This document shows, in pieces, positions 29,256-38,044 of a stretch of DNA of 64,000 bases. Location: assembly GCA_963666985.2 (NCBI GenBank), contig CAXXIA010000001.1, forward strand, positions 1,344,001 to 1,408,000, given 5' to 3'. A program made the position numbers and the translations under genes. Position 1 is the stretch's first letter. The number at the start of each line of letters is the position of its first letter. Under the pieces are notes generated by a model, which was given only the letters and a program-made list of their open reading frames with translations, ran no database searches and was not told the DNA's origin. The stretch is from Spirochaetia bacterium. GTDB lineage: Bacteria; Spirochaetota; Spirochaetia; DSM-2461.

Positions 29256-29329
29256 TGGGCGGACTGGGACTCGAACCCAGGACATCCGGCGTGTAAAACC
29301 GACGCTCTAACCAACTGAGCTACCCACCC
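29256..29329 (-). tRNA. tRNA-Val (TAC), CCA not encoded
   Basis: GGGTGGGTAGCTCAGTTGGTTAGAGCGTCGGTTTTACACGCCGGATGTCCTGGGTTCGAGTCCCAGTCCGCCCA folds into a cloverleaf with anticodon TAC. Confidence 0.96.
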
Positions 29330-29340
29330 GTATCAAAGGC

Positions 29341-29369
29341 ATCATAATGAAGTCGCCTCAGGGTGGCAA
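29341..29369 (-). promoter_or_regulatory. Putative sigma70 promoter of tRNA-Val
   Basis: TTGCCA-N17-TATGAT, 11 nt upstream of the tRNA. Confidence 0.7.
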
Positions 29370-29454
29370 CGCCCTAAGACCGGAATGTGCAATCTTCCTT
29401 CATAAATCCTCTTTTTTATATATACAAATTATCGAAATGCTCTATATTGTTCTT

Positions 29455-31401
29455 ATGAGAACAGGCGGAAAAAGACACAGACATCACCGGGTAATCATTT
29501 TGGCCGCGGCCATATGGATTTCGGCTCTCAGCTTTCCGCCGTCGGCGGAGGCCCAGGACGAGGGCGGTTTTACGGAGCTATCCGGTCCGAAAATCAGCGG
29601 CGGCGGAACCTCTCCGTCACTGTTCAAAGAGTCTTTAATTCGCACCGAAACTTCGGCCCGCCTCTCCGGATGGAATCCCGATTCCCGAACCGGCACCATT
29701 TCGGTGGATTACGTTTTCCCCAAGGGATATCACCAAATCGACAACAATGAGGTTTTTACCATCATTCCGGAATCGTTTCCGGGGCTTATCTTCGGATCGG
29801 TAATGAAAGGCAAGCCGATTTGGAAAGACGGTTCGGCCGAATACCACGATGAAACTACCCTTGTTATCGAGTTCCAAGCGGGAGATGAGATCCAAGAAGG
29901 CGAACTGACCGTTAAAGCTCTCAGTCAAATCTGCGATGAAAAAGGAACCTGTCTGTTCCCGGAATCACAAAGTCATTCGATTTTCTTCAATCCCGCCTCA
30001 AGCCCGGTAGAACCCGATGAAAAAACGGTATCGGTGCTGAATTGGGTTTCCGAAACGGGGATGCAAGGGATTTCGGCGGCGGAAAACATGCCGGGAGAAC
30101 GGAATGCCCCCGGAACATCCGAAGCCGCACCCAATGGCGATCACATCGCGGACGGCGGCGGTGTTCGGAGCGCTTTGTGGATGTTCCTTCTGATGGCTTT
30201 TGCGGGCGGGATTCTTTTGAATATCATGCCCTGCGTTCTTCCTCTTTTATCGGTCAAGGCGCTGGGGCTCCTCAGACAGGCCGGTGAGGATAGAAAATCC
30301 ATCTGGAAGCATTCCTGGCTCTATGTCGCCGGCATCATCGCTTCTTTCTGGATTCTGGCGGCCGTTATCGTCGCCCTGCAAGCTTCCGGCCGCCTGCTGG
30401 GCTGGGGATTCCAGTTTCAATCACCGACTTTTCTTCTCATGATGATCGCCGTCATCTGGATTTTCGCCTTAAGTTTGTTCGACGTTTTTATTATCGAGCC
30501 GCCCCGGAAAGGTTTGGAGGGAGCCTCCGCCGCCGGTTCCAGAGGCGGTTATCTTGGAAGCTTCCTGACCGGCATTTTCGCCGTGCTGGTGGCCACACCC
30601 TGCACGGCGCCCCTTCTCGGCCCGGCTCTGGGTTTCGCCTTCTCGCAGCCCCCGCTGGTCATCTTTGCCGTCTTCGGTGTTACGGGACTCGGTCTGGGGC
30701 TGCCCTTTCTGCTTCTCGGGATATGGCCCACAGTTCTAAAGCGCCTGCCGAAGCCGGGGAACTGGATGACGACGTTCAAGGAGATCATGGGATTCCTCCT
30801 TTTGGGGACGGCCGTCTATCTCTTTACAACCTTCCTGAAACTCAGCCCCGGATCAGGCGCAGGGGCTCTGTGGTGGCTTCTCTTCCTCGGACTGGCCTCC
30901 TGGCTTTTCGGTAAGGCGCGCCGCCCGACTTCAAAAAAAGCCTTTCGGATAACCGGACAGATTGCCGCTTTAATCATCGCCGTTCTTTCGGGAATTCTCC
31001 TTATAGAAATCCCGCAGGAGACGAGTCCCCGACCTTCTCCCCTGATCGGCGAATCCGATCGGGTAATGCCCTTCAATGAAGACGATGTTCTCCGGAGAAT
31101 TGCGGGAAACGAACCGGTCTTTCTGGAATTCACGGCCTCCTGGTGCACAACCTGCAAAATCAACCGGCACGTTCTGAACGATCCCGATGTCCGTTCGATA
31201 ATGGCGGAAAAGGGCCTTGCTTATATTAAGGGTGACTTAACCGCTTATAACGAAACTTTGATTCGATGGCTCGGTGAATTCGGGAGGGCCGGAGTTCCGC
31301 TCTATGTTCTCTATATCCCCGGAGAAGATCCCTTCATCTTTCCGGAACTTCTTGGCAAGGAAAGCTTCATCCGGAAACTGGAATCAATAAAGGGACCGTA
31401 G
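29455..31401 (+). CDS. dsbD: Thiol:disulfide interchange protein DsbD
   Basis: N-domain QICDEKGTC; TM domain MPCVLP and TPCTAP; thioredoxin WCTTC; GVPLY. Confidence 0.92.
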   Translation: MRTGGKRHRHHRVIILAAAIWISALSFPPSAEAQDEGGFTELSGPKISGGGTSPSLFKESLIRTETSARLSGWNPDSRTGTISVDYVFPKGYHQIDNNEVFTIIPESFPGLIFGSVMKGKPIWKDGSAEYHDETTLVIEFQAGDEIQEGELTVKALSQICDEKGTCLFPESQSHSIFFNPASSPVEPDEKTVSVLNWVSETGMQGISAAENMPGERNAPGTSEAAPNGDHIADGGGVRSALWMFLLMAFAGGILLNIMPCVLPLLSVKALGLLRQAGEDRKSIWKHSWLYVAGIIASFWILAAVIVALQASGRLLGWGFQFQSPTFLLMMIAVIWIFALSLFDVFIIEPPRKGLEGASAAGSRGGYLGSFLTGIFAVLVATPCTAPLLGPALGFAFSQPPLVIFAVFGVTGLGLGLPFLLLGIWPTVLKRLPKPGNWMTTFKEIMGFLLLGTAVYLFTTFLKLSPGSGAGALWWLLFLGLASWLFGKARRPTSKKAFRITGQIAALIIAVLSGILLIEIPQETSPRPSPLIGESDRVMPFNEDDVLRRIAGNEPVFLEFTASWCTTCKINRHVLNDPDVRSIMAEKGLAYIKGDLTAYNETLIRWLGEFGRAGVPLYVLYIPGEDPFIFPELLGKESFIRKLESIKGP

Positions 31402-31545
31402 CGTTCCGTTACCGATTTTCGGCCGGTTATCCGCGGCGAACGGCGGCTGATCGGCGATCGGCTCATCACGATCGCCCCGAAACCGAAGGAGAAGACTCTC
31501 CCCCGGCTTGGCCGCGGAATAAAAATACCGCCGAGGATTTCCGTT

Positions 31546-31992
31546 TCAGTACTGATTCGTGGATAAAAGGACCAAAGTACAGGCCTCGATCCAGGGGATT
31601 CCCGCTTCATCCAAAGCGGCCCGGGCCGTTTCCGATTCGGTTCCGGGATTGAAGATAACCCTTTTGGGAGCCGCCTTGATAATGTCTGGAATCATCGGCT
31701 CCAGATACCGAGGTCCGACATAGACCGTCAAGGTATCCAGTCCTTCGGGACCGGCGGTATTCGCCGCTTCGGCGGCATCCGAGACGCACGCTATCCCCTC
31801 GATATCCTTATAGGCCGGATTAATGGGAATAACCGGGTACCCGGCATCACGAAGCCTCGTCAGGGCCATGTACGAATACCGGTCGGCTTTCGGACTTGCG
31901 CCGATAACGGCTGTTGCACCGGATGTTTTCTTTTTTTGATTACCGGATACTCCGTTAAGTACCGATTCTGCCTGAGGATGATTCTGATTCAT
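31546..31992 (-). CDS. CoA-binding protein (YccU-like)
   Basis: VIGASPKADRYS, PINP, DTLTVYV, VIFNPG, ACTLVLL. Confidence 0.92.
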   Translation of the reverse strand: MNQNHPQAESVLNGVSGNQKKKTSGATAVIGASPKADRYSYMALTRLRDAGYPVIPINPAYKDIEGIACVSDAAEAANTAGPEGLDTLTVYVGPRYLEPMIPDIIKAAPKRVIFNPGTESETARAALDEAGIPWIEACTLVLLSTNQY

Positions 31993-32017
31993 GTAACTCT
32001 TCTCTCTTATGGATTTA

Positions 32018-32158
32018 ACCGGCTGTTGAAAAACGACCTTATGGTGCGTATGCAGCGTTCGACGGTGCTCGAAATGCTCATGTAGCGCTACTACACTGCG
32101 CTTCCTGCGCTCCGGCGGCCTTGCCTTCGAACCAAATCTCTTTTTTTCAACAGCCTGT
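32018..32158. mobile_element. MITE, ~141 bp, non-autonomous
   Basis: Terminal inverted repeats AC(C/A)GGCTGTTGAAAAA (16 bp, 1 mismatch) flanked by TA on both sides; internal palindrome TGTAG-N5-CTACA; no transposase. Confidence 0.8.
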
Positions 32159-32563
32159 TATATCGGGAATGAAGCTGAGAACAATTTCCCGCCTTCCTCT
32201 CGGGCCGTCGAACTCACAAAGGAAAATATTCTGCCATTGTGAGAGTCCGAGCGCCCCATCTATTACGGGGATGGTCTCCGAAGGACCGACCAGGCCGGCT
32301 TTCATGTGACTGTCTCCGTTTCCATCTTGCTTATCGTGTTCCCATACCCCTCTCGGAGCGATTATAGCCATCATTTTCACAACATCCAACGGCACACTGT
32401 CGTCCCAATTTTCCTGAATCATAATCGCGGCCGTGGCGCCCCGAACATAAACGGAGCAAATTCCGTCCGTTATGCCGGTATCGGCTAATGCGGCGCGAAC
32501 CGCGGGCGTAATGTCGTACAGCTCTTCTCTTTGCCGGGTAGCGACGGTAATGATGCGCCTCAT
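32147..32563 (-). CDS. yjbQ: YjbQ/UPF0047 family protein
   Basis: GATAAIMIQEN, HD..DGNGDSHMK, L.LSQWQNIFLCEFDGPR. Confidence 0.93.
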   Translation of the reverse strand: MRRIITVATRQREELYDITPAVRAALADTGITDGICSVYVRGATAAIMIQENWDDSVPLDVVKMMAIIAPRGVWEHDKQDGNGDSHMKAGLVGPSETIPVIDGALGLSQWQNIFLCEFDGPRGRREIVLSFIPDITGC

Positions 32564-32733
32564 AAATCCCCTCCCCTCTCTCCCGATCCGGTTTGCCGAA
32601 AAGAAGGATTATGCCGCGGCAAGAACATAGATTTGTCGTCATTCATTGAATCAATGTACAAAAAAAAATCCATATCGGTAAATTTTTATTGCATCCGATT
32701 GCGCGGTAAAGAATCGGACGTTCCGTAAGGAAC

Positions 32734-32762
32734 TTGCCCGTTTGGCATCGGATGCCTATGAT
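32734..32762 (+). promoter_or_regulatory. Putative sigma70 promoter of galK with a palindrome in the spacer
   Basis: TTGCCC-N17-TATGAT; spacer contains GGCATC-G-GATGCC. Confidence 0.55.
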
Positions 32763-32772
32763 AGGGATGCTT

Positions 32773-34068
32773 ATGTCTACACATGATATCGAATCGGCAC
32801 TTCAGTCCGGGAAATACGACGAAACGTTCTCTCTGATTTACGGCTCCGAGAATCCGGTATTCCACCGTGAACGCTGGAGTAAGCTTATCAAAACCCATAA
32901 AGGGCGAACCGGAAATGACGACATCAGGCTCTTTTCCGCTCCGGGACGCACCGAACTCGCCGGGAACCATACGGACCACAACAGGGGTAAGGTTCTGGCG
33001 GCGGGAATCCAGCTGGATACCATCGCGGCGGTATCCCTTACGAAAAGCGATGATCCCGACTCCATGACCGCGGAAATCGTCTCCGAAGGATACCCTCCCG
33101 TTCGCGTGGATCTCTCACGGCTGGATAAAATCGATGCCGAAGAAGGCCGCACCGATTCGCTTGTGCGGGGCATAGCCGCCTCCATAATCGCGCGCGGAGG
33201 AAAAATCGGCGGTTTTCGGGCCGATACGACCAGCCGCGTTCTCAAAGGTTCGGGCTTAAGTTCATCGGCGGCGCTGGAAGTGCTTGTCGGATCGATCTAC
33301 AACGAGCTTTTCAACGAAGGACGCTTCTCACCGGTGGAATTGGCCGTTATGGGCCAGGAAGCCGAGAATATCTATTTCGGGAAACCCTGCGGATTAATGG
33401 ACCAAACGGCCTGTGCCGTCGGCGGCGCGGTCGCCATCGATTTCGCCGATCCCGCGAAGCCCGCCGTGGAACCCATTGCCGCCGATTTCGCCGCGGCGGG
33501 CTATACTCTGGCCGTCGTCGATTCCGGAGGAGACCATGCCGACCTTACTCCCGATTATGCCGCCATCCCCGCGGAAATGAAGTCCGTGGCGGCCGAGTTC
33601 CATGCCGGCGTGCTCAGGGAAATCAAAGAAGAGGACTTCTATGGGAGTCTTTCTAAAATCCGCGAGAAAACCGGCGACAGGGCCGTGCTTCGCGCGCTTC
33701 ATTTTTTTGACGAGAACCGGCGCGTCGGATTGATGGTGGACGCTCTGAAAGCCGGCGATATCGAGACATATCTGGAAGGAGCACGGAAATCAGGAGATTC
33801 CTCATACCGTTTCCTTCAAAACGTCTTTTCCCCGCGCCATGTCGACAAACAGGCCGTTTCGCTGGCTTTGGCTCTCACCGAACGTTTTCTGAAAGGAACA
33901 GGTGCCTGCCGTGTCCACGGCGGCGGTTTCGCGGGAACCGTCCAGGTTTTTGTTCCATCGGAACGCTTCGCCGAATACGTCGGCTATATCGAACCGTTTT
34001 TCGGCGGAGGATCCGTTGTTCCGCTTTCCGTGCGTCCTTTGCCGGTCGGTGAAATAACAGGCCGCTGA
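32773..34068 (+). CDS. galK: Galactokinase (GHMP kinase)
   Basis: APGRTELAGNHTDHN, GSGLSSSAA, PCGLMDQ, RVHGGGFAG. Confidence 0.93.
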   Translation: MSTHDIESALQSGKYDETFSLIYGSENPVFHRERWSKLIKTHKGRTGNDDIRLFSAPGRTELAGNHTDHNRGKVLAAGIQLDTIAAVSLTKSDDPDSMTAEIVSEGYPPVRVDLSRLDKIDAEEGRTDSLVRGIAASIIARGGKIGGFRADTTSRVLKGSGLSSSAALEVLVGSIYNELFNEGRFSPVELAVMGQEAENIYFGKPCGLMDQTACAVGGAVAIDFADPAKPAVEPIAADFAAAGYTLAVVDSGGDHADLTPDYAAIPAEMKSVAAEFHAGVLREIKEEDFYGSLSKIREKTGDRAVLRALHFFDENRRVGLMVDALKAGDIETYLEGARKSGDSSYRFLQNVFSPRHVDKQAVSLALALTERFLKGTGACRVHGGGFAGTVQVFVPSERFAEYVGYIEPFFGGGSVVPLSVRPLPVGEITGR

Positions 34069-34152
34069 ACCCTCTTGACCAGTTGATGCGAAAACGGCCA
34101 TTGATAGGAGCAACCGCACCATTTGCGAATAAAGAGTAACAGGAGAACCAAC

Positions 34153-35811
34153 ATGTCCGATTTATCCCCGCTGCAGAAAGTCCGATACGAATACGAGGCG
34201 AAGCTGCCCGAAGTCCTCAAAGGGGAAATAACCGATATCACCGTCGCCATGGGAGAAGCTACCGAATCCGTCGCGGATCAAATGCAGCTCCGCGATCTTT
34301 TTCCGCTGACATACGGTGCGCCTGTTGTCCGTTTCGCGAAAGGTTCGAATCCCATGATCGGTAAAGCACACAGAGTCGGTGTTATTCTTTCGGGCGGCCA
34401 AGCACCCGGCGGGCATAACGTTATCGCCGGCATCTTCGACGCTTTAAAAAAGGCCAATCCCGAAAGCGAACTGATCGGCTTCAAAGGCGGTCCTTCGGGG
34501 ATTATCAATGACGATACGATGCTGATAACGCAAGAAATCATGGACGCATACCGCAATACCGGCGGTTTCGACATCATCGGCTCCGGCCGCACCAAGCTGG
34601 AGAACGAAGATCAGTTCGAAAAAAGCCTCGCCACCTGCCGGAAACACAATATCGACGGCATCGTCATCATCGGAGGCGACGACTCCAACACCAACGGAGC
34701 CGTGCTGGCCGAATGGTTCAAAAAGAAAAACGCCGGTATCACCGTGGTCGGCTGTCCGAAAACCATCGACGGCGATTTAAAGAACGAACACATCGAAACG
34801 TCCTTCGGATTCGATACCGCGACAAAAACGTTCTCGGAACTCATCGGCAACATTGAAAAGGATGCGAATTCCGCGAAAAAGTACTGGCATTTCATCAAGC
34901 TGATGGGCCGCAGCGCCAGCCACATCGCTCTGGAGTGCGCCCTGCAAACTCAACCGAATGTCTGCGTTATTTCCGAAGAAGTGAAAAAGAAGAACATGAG
35001 CCTGGATGATGTCGTCGACGGAATCGCCGATGTCATCGTTGCCCGGGCCGCCCGCGGAATGAATTTCGGCGTGGTGCTGATCCCCGAGGGTCTTATCGAA
35101 TTTATTCCGGAAGTGGGCCGGCTTATATCCGAACTGAACGATTTACTGGCGAAAGAAGCGGACTATTTCAATACGCTTAAAACCGTTGAAGACCAGAGGG
35201 AGTGGGTGAATCACGAACTCTCACGGGATTCTTCCTATATTTTTTCATCCCTCCCCCGCGGCATTCAGATGCAGCTTTTGGATGATCGCGATCCTCATGG
35301 GAACGTACAGGTGAGCCGAATCGAAACCGAGAAGCTGCTTATTGAACTCACGGATGAAAAACTGAACCGTCTGAAGCTTAAGGGCGAATATAACGGGAAG
35401 TTCAGCGCTCTGGCTCATTTCTTCGGCTACGAAGGCCGCTGCGCGTTTCCGTCGAATTTCGATGCCGACTACTGTTACAGCCTGGGTTACTCGGCATTCC
35501 TCCTCTTGACGGCCGGACTTACCGGATATATCGCGAATCTCGCCGACCTCCACAAGAGCGCCGATCAATGGATTCCCGGCGGTGTTCCTCTGACAATGAT
35601 GATGAACATGGAGCAGCGGCATGGTCAGCGGAAACCGGTTATCCGCAAAGCTCTGGTTGAAATCGACGGCGCCCCCTTCAAGACCTTTACGGTCAAGAGA
35701 GACGAATGGGCCGTGGAAACCTCTTATACCTTCCCCGGCGCCATTCAGTACTTCGGTCCGCCGGAAGTTTGTGATCAGCCGACAAAGACACTGAAGCTGG
35801 AAAAAGCCTAG
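34153..35811 (+). CDS. pfp: Pyrophosphate-dependent phosphofructokinase (long clade)
   Basis: [17 protein letters not shown] (PPi-type Asp), PKTIDGD, MGRSASH, GYEGR; SD AGGAG. Confidence 0.97.
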   Translation: MSDLSPLQKVRYEYEAKLPEVLKGEITDITVAMGEATESVADQMQLRDLFPLTYGAPVVRFAKGSNPMIGKAHRVGVILSGGQAPGGHNVIAGIFDALKKANPESELIGFKGGPSGIINDDTMLITQEIMDAYRNTGGFDIIGSGRTKLENEDQFEKSLATCRKHNIDGIVIIGGDDSNTNGAVLAEWFKKKNAGITVVGCPKTIDGDLKNEHIETSFGFDTATKTFSELIGNIEKDANSAKKYWHFIKLMGRSASHIALECALQTQPNVCVISEEVKKKNMSLDDVVDGIADVIVARAARGMNFGVVLIPEGLIEFIPEVGRLISELNDLLAKEADYFNTLKTVEDQREWVNHELSRDSSYIFSSLPRGIQMQLLDDRDPHGNVQVSRIETEKLLIELTDEKLNRLKLKGEYNGKFSALAHFFGYEGRCAFPSNFDADYCYSLGYSAFLLLTAGLTGYIANLADLHKSADQWIPGGVPLTMMMNMEQRHGQRKPVIRKALVEIDGAPFKTFTVKRDEWAVETSYTFPGAIQYFGPPEVCDQPTKTLKLEKA

Positions 35812-35853
35812 TTTTTCGTCGCTGAAAATCGCTCGCATTGAGAATACAGAATT

Positions 35854-35894
35854 TCACCTCTCTCTCCTTTTAAGAGGGCGGGGTGATTTTTTTT
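35854..35894 (+). terminator. Rho-independent terminator after pfp
   Basis: TCACC...CTC/GAG...GGTGA stem followed by T8. Confidence 0.7.
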
Positions 35895-35932
35895 GTGCTC
35901 CCGGTACCGCTTTTTTTCCGGCATGGGGCTAT

Positions 35933-37141
35933 TCAGCCCGAAGGATTTCCGCCGCGCAGGAGGCGTTCATACACCGGTGAAGTTCCCGTATCGAGAATCG
36001 TCTTGATAATCCGTTCCGTTGCCGGTCCGACACCGCCCAAACTCCTGAGATGTTTCCAGGCGGCAGGTGATTCAAGAGGGATTTCCAATTGAGCCAGGGA
36101 GCCTCCCGCACGGTAATAGGCGGATGTCAGCCCCCGTTCCCTCATTAAATCTCCCATCTGAAAAAGAATGATCGCCGCCCTCTCGGCCGAACTTAAATTT
36201 TCCGGAAAAAGGCTTGCCGGTATACGCCGCGGCAGTCCGTAGCGCTTGGAGATTTCATGGATAAGCGGTGAGAAATAGTCGTAATAGGCCGATGAAGCAC
36301 CGCCCCATCGATCATAAACGGGGCCGTAAACCGTTTCATAATCAGCGGAGACATTGGGAAAATGATCGGCGGCGGCCTTCATGAAATAATCCCATTGCCT
36401 TCCCCTCTTCAGCGTCATTGATCCTGATGCGGCAAAGTCCGCCCCGGCCTCACGGGCCTCCCGAAAAGCGGCATCAAGAAGCTTCGGCGAATCCGTTATC
36501 AGCGGAACAACGGGCAGCAGCATCACCCCCGCGCCGAATCCGGCGGCCTTGGCTTCGCGGATTACGCGCAGCCTCTCGCTCGGCAAAGAGGCTCCCGGCT
36601 CAAGGATACGGCCGAGTCCGTCATCCGCGGAGGAAAGGCTTACGGCTACGGTAACGCGGCATCTCTCGTTCAATTTCGCCAATAAGTCGAAATCGCGGAG
36701 AATCAAAGTGGATTTTGTTAAAATCAGTAAGGGATAAGGAAACACTTCGAAGAGTTCCAGAACGCGCCTTGTCAAGCGAAGCTTTTTTTCGGCCGGCTGC
36801 CATGAATCACAGACTCCGCCGCCGATAAAAAGATACCCTGGATTAAAAGGCTTGCGCCTCCTCCGGGGATCAAGCTCCCGGATCAGAATTTCCGGAGCGT
36901 TTTCCTTATAGACAATTTCATGCGCGAAATCACCTTCGACACGATAGCTTTCGCTTCGGCCGTCGCAATAGGCGCAATCGTGCGCACAGCCGCGATACAG
37001 ATTCATTCCCGCTCTGGAAATGAACCAGGAATCGAGAGATTTTCGCTTGATGAGAACCGTCTTTGCCCGAATCGGCCGAGCGGCGGCGAAAGCCGCTTCT
37101 TCTTGCATGCTAGGCGGCTGAAGAACACAGATCTGAATCAA
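35933..37141 (-). CDS. SplB/Rv2578c-like radical SAM protein with C-terminal helix-hairpin-helix domain
   Basis: NLYRGCAHDCAYC, DSWQPAE, ILTKS.LILRD, LEPGA..P..R; C-terminal LGGVGPAT...TG. Start is 37141 (TTG) or 37108. Confidence 0.88.
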   Translation of the reverse strand: MIQICVLQPPSMQEEAAFAAARPIRAKTVLIKRKSLDSWFISRAGMNLYRGCAHDCAYCDGRSESYRVEGDFAHEIVYKENAPEILIRELDPRRRRKPFNPGYLFIGGGVCDSWQPAEKKLRLTRRVLELFEVFPYPLLILTKSTLILRDFDLLAKLNERCRVTVAVSLSSADDGLGRILEPGASLPSERLRVIREAKAAGFGAGVMLLPVVPLITDSPKLLDAAFREAREAGADFAASGSMTLKRGRQWDYFMKAAADHFPNVSADYETVYGPVYDRWGGASSAYYDYFSPLIHEISKRYGLPRRIPASLFPENLSSAERAAIILFQMGDLMRERGLTSAYYRAGGSLAQLEIPLESPAAWKHLRSLGGVGPATERIIKTILDTGTSPVYERLLRGGNPSG

Positions 37142-37503
37142 TTATCATGAAAATCACCTCTCTCCACGATGACTTTCATGATGTCCGTCACGATACCCAT
37201 ATCCATCTCGACGGCCCACTCATTAACCAGTTCTTTCAAGAATTCCCAATCTTCGTCCGTAAGAGCGCTTGCCTCGGCCGCCCAAACGCCGGTCAGAATC
37301 TCCAATAGCTCTTCGGATCTGTATACGGATTCCTCGTCTATCGGACCGGGGAAAAAATATGCCGCGAGCTCCTCGGCCATGCTGCGGGGAACGGGAGCGC
37401 AGCGCGCCAGGGTTTCCCTCATGTCGGCACCGATGTCTTCATCGTTATCCCAGCCGTGTTTCTTCTTTGAGCGCTTCCACGCACGGACCAAATCACCTTC
37501 CAT
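37138..37503 (-). CDS. Small acidic hypothetical protein
   Basis: MEGDLVRAWKR...WEFLKELVNEWAVEMDM, the 3' third of ORF 37138..38145; its stop overlaps the radical SAM start. Confidence 0.7.
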   Translation of the reverse strand: MEGDLVRAWKRSKKKHGWDNDEDIGADMRETLARCAPVPRSMAEELAAYFFPGPIDEESVYRSEELLEILTGVWAAEASALTDEDWEFLKELVNEWAVEMDMGIVTDIMKVIVERGDFHDN

Positions 37504-37545
37504 GGTTCCATGATATAATGCGCCGCACAGAGAGGGGAATAAAAA

Positions 37546-38025
37546 ATGGACCAAACCGATGTCAGGCCGTCTTGGGACGAATATTTCATGCAGGTGGCAA
37601 ACACGATTGCTCAAAGGGCGACTTGCGACCGAGGACGGAGCGGATGTGTTATCGTAAAAGACAGGCAAATCCTCGCTTCCGGATATGTGGGAGCTCCGCC
37701 GGGACTGCCTCACTGCGATGAGGTGGGCCATCTGTTCGAAACAACCATCCATTCGGACGGTGTGGAACGGCGCCATTGCGTCAGAACCGTGCATGCCGAG
37801 CAGAACGCCATTTGTCAGGCCGCCAAGAGGGGTGTGGCTCTTGACGGAGCCACGCTCTACTGCCGCATGACTCCCTGCCGAACCTGCGCCATGCTTATCA
37901 TAAGCTGCGGTATCAAACGCGTGCTCTGTGAACGGAAGTACCATGCCGGAGAAGAATCGGAACAAATGTTTTCCCAAGCCGGTGTGAACATTGAATTTGT
38001 CCATGAAGAAGTTCAGGAATACTGA
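37546..38025 (+). CDS. dCMP deaminase (ComEB family)
   Basis: RPSWDEYFM, RATC.R, HAEQNA, PCRTC. Confidence 0.95.
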   Translation: MDQTDVRPSWDEYFMQVANTIAQRATCDRGRSGCVIVKDRQILASGYVGAPPGLPHCDEVGHLFETTIHSDGVERRHCVRTVHAEQNAICQAAKRGVALDGATLYCRMTPCRTCAMLIISCGIKRVLCERKYHAGEESEQMFSQAGVNIEFVHEEVQEY

Positions 38026-38044
38026 GAAACAAAAAGGACCGGGG

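Noticed and set aside
29077..29329. tRNA-Val as an integration site for an island
   Set aside because: No integrase and no direct repeat of the tRNA 3' end were seen; flanks are housekeeping genes and the T-arm copy is inverted.
32742..32756. TGGCAT as a sigma54 -24 box before galK
   Set aside because: The GC falls 8 nt rather than 10 nt after the GG; a sigma70 reading fits better.
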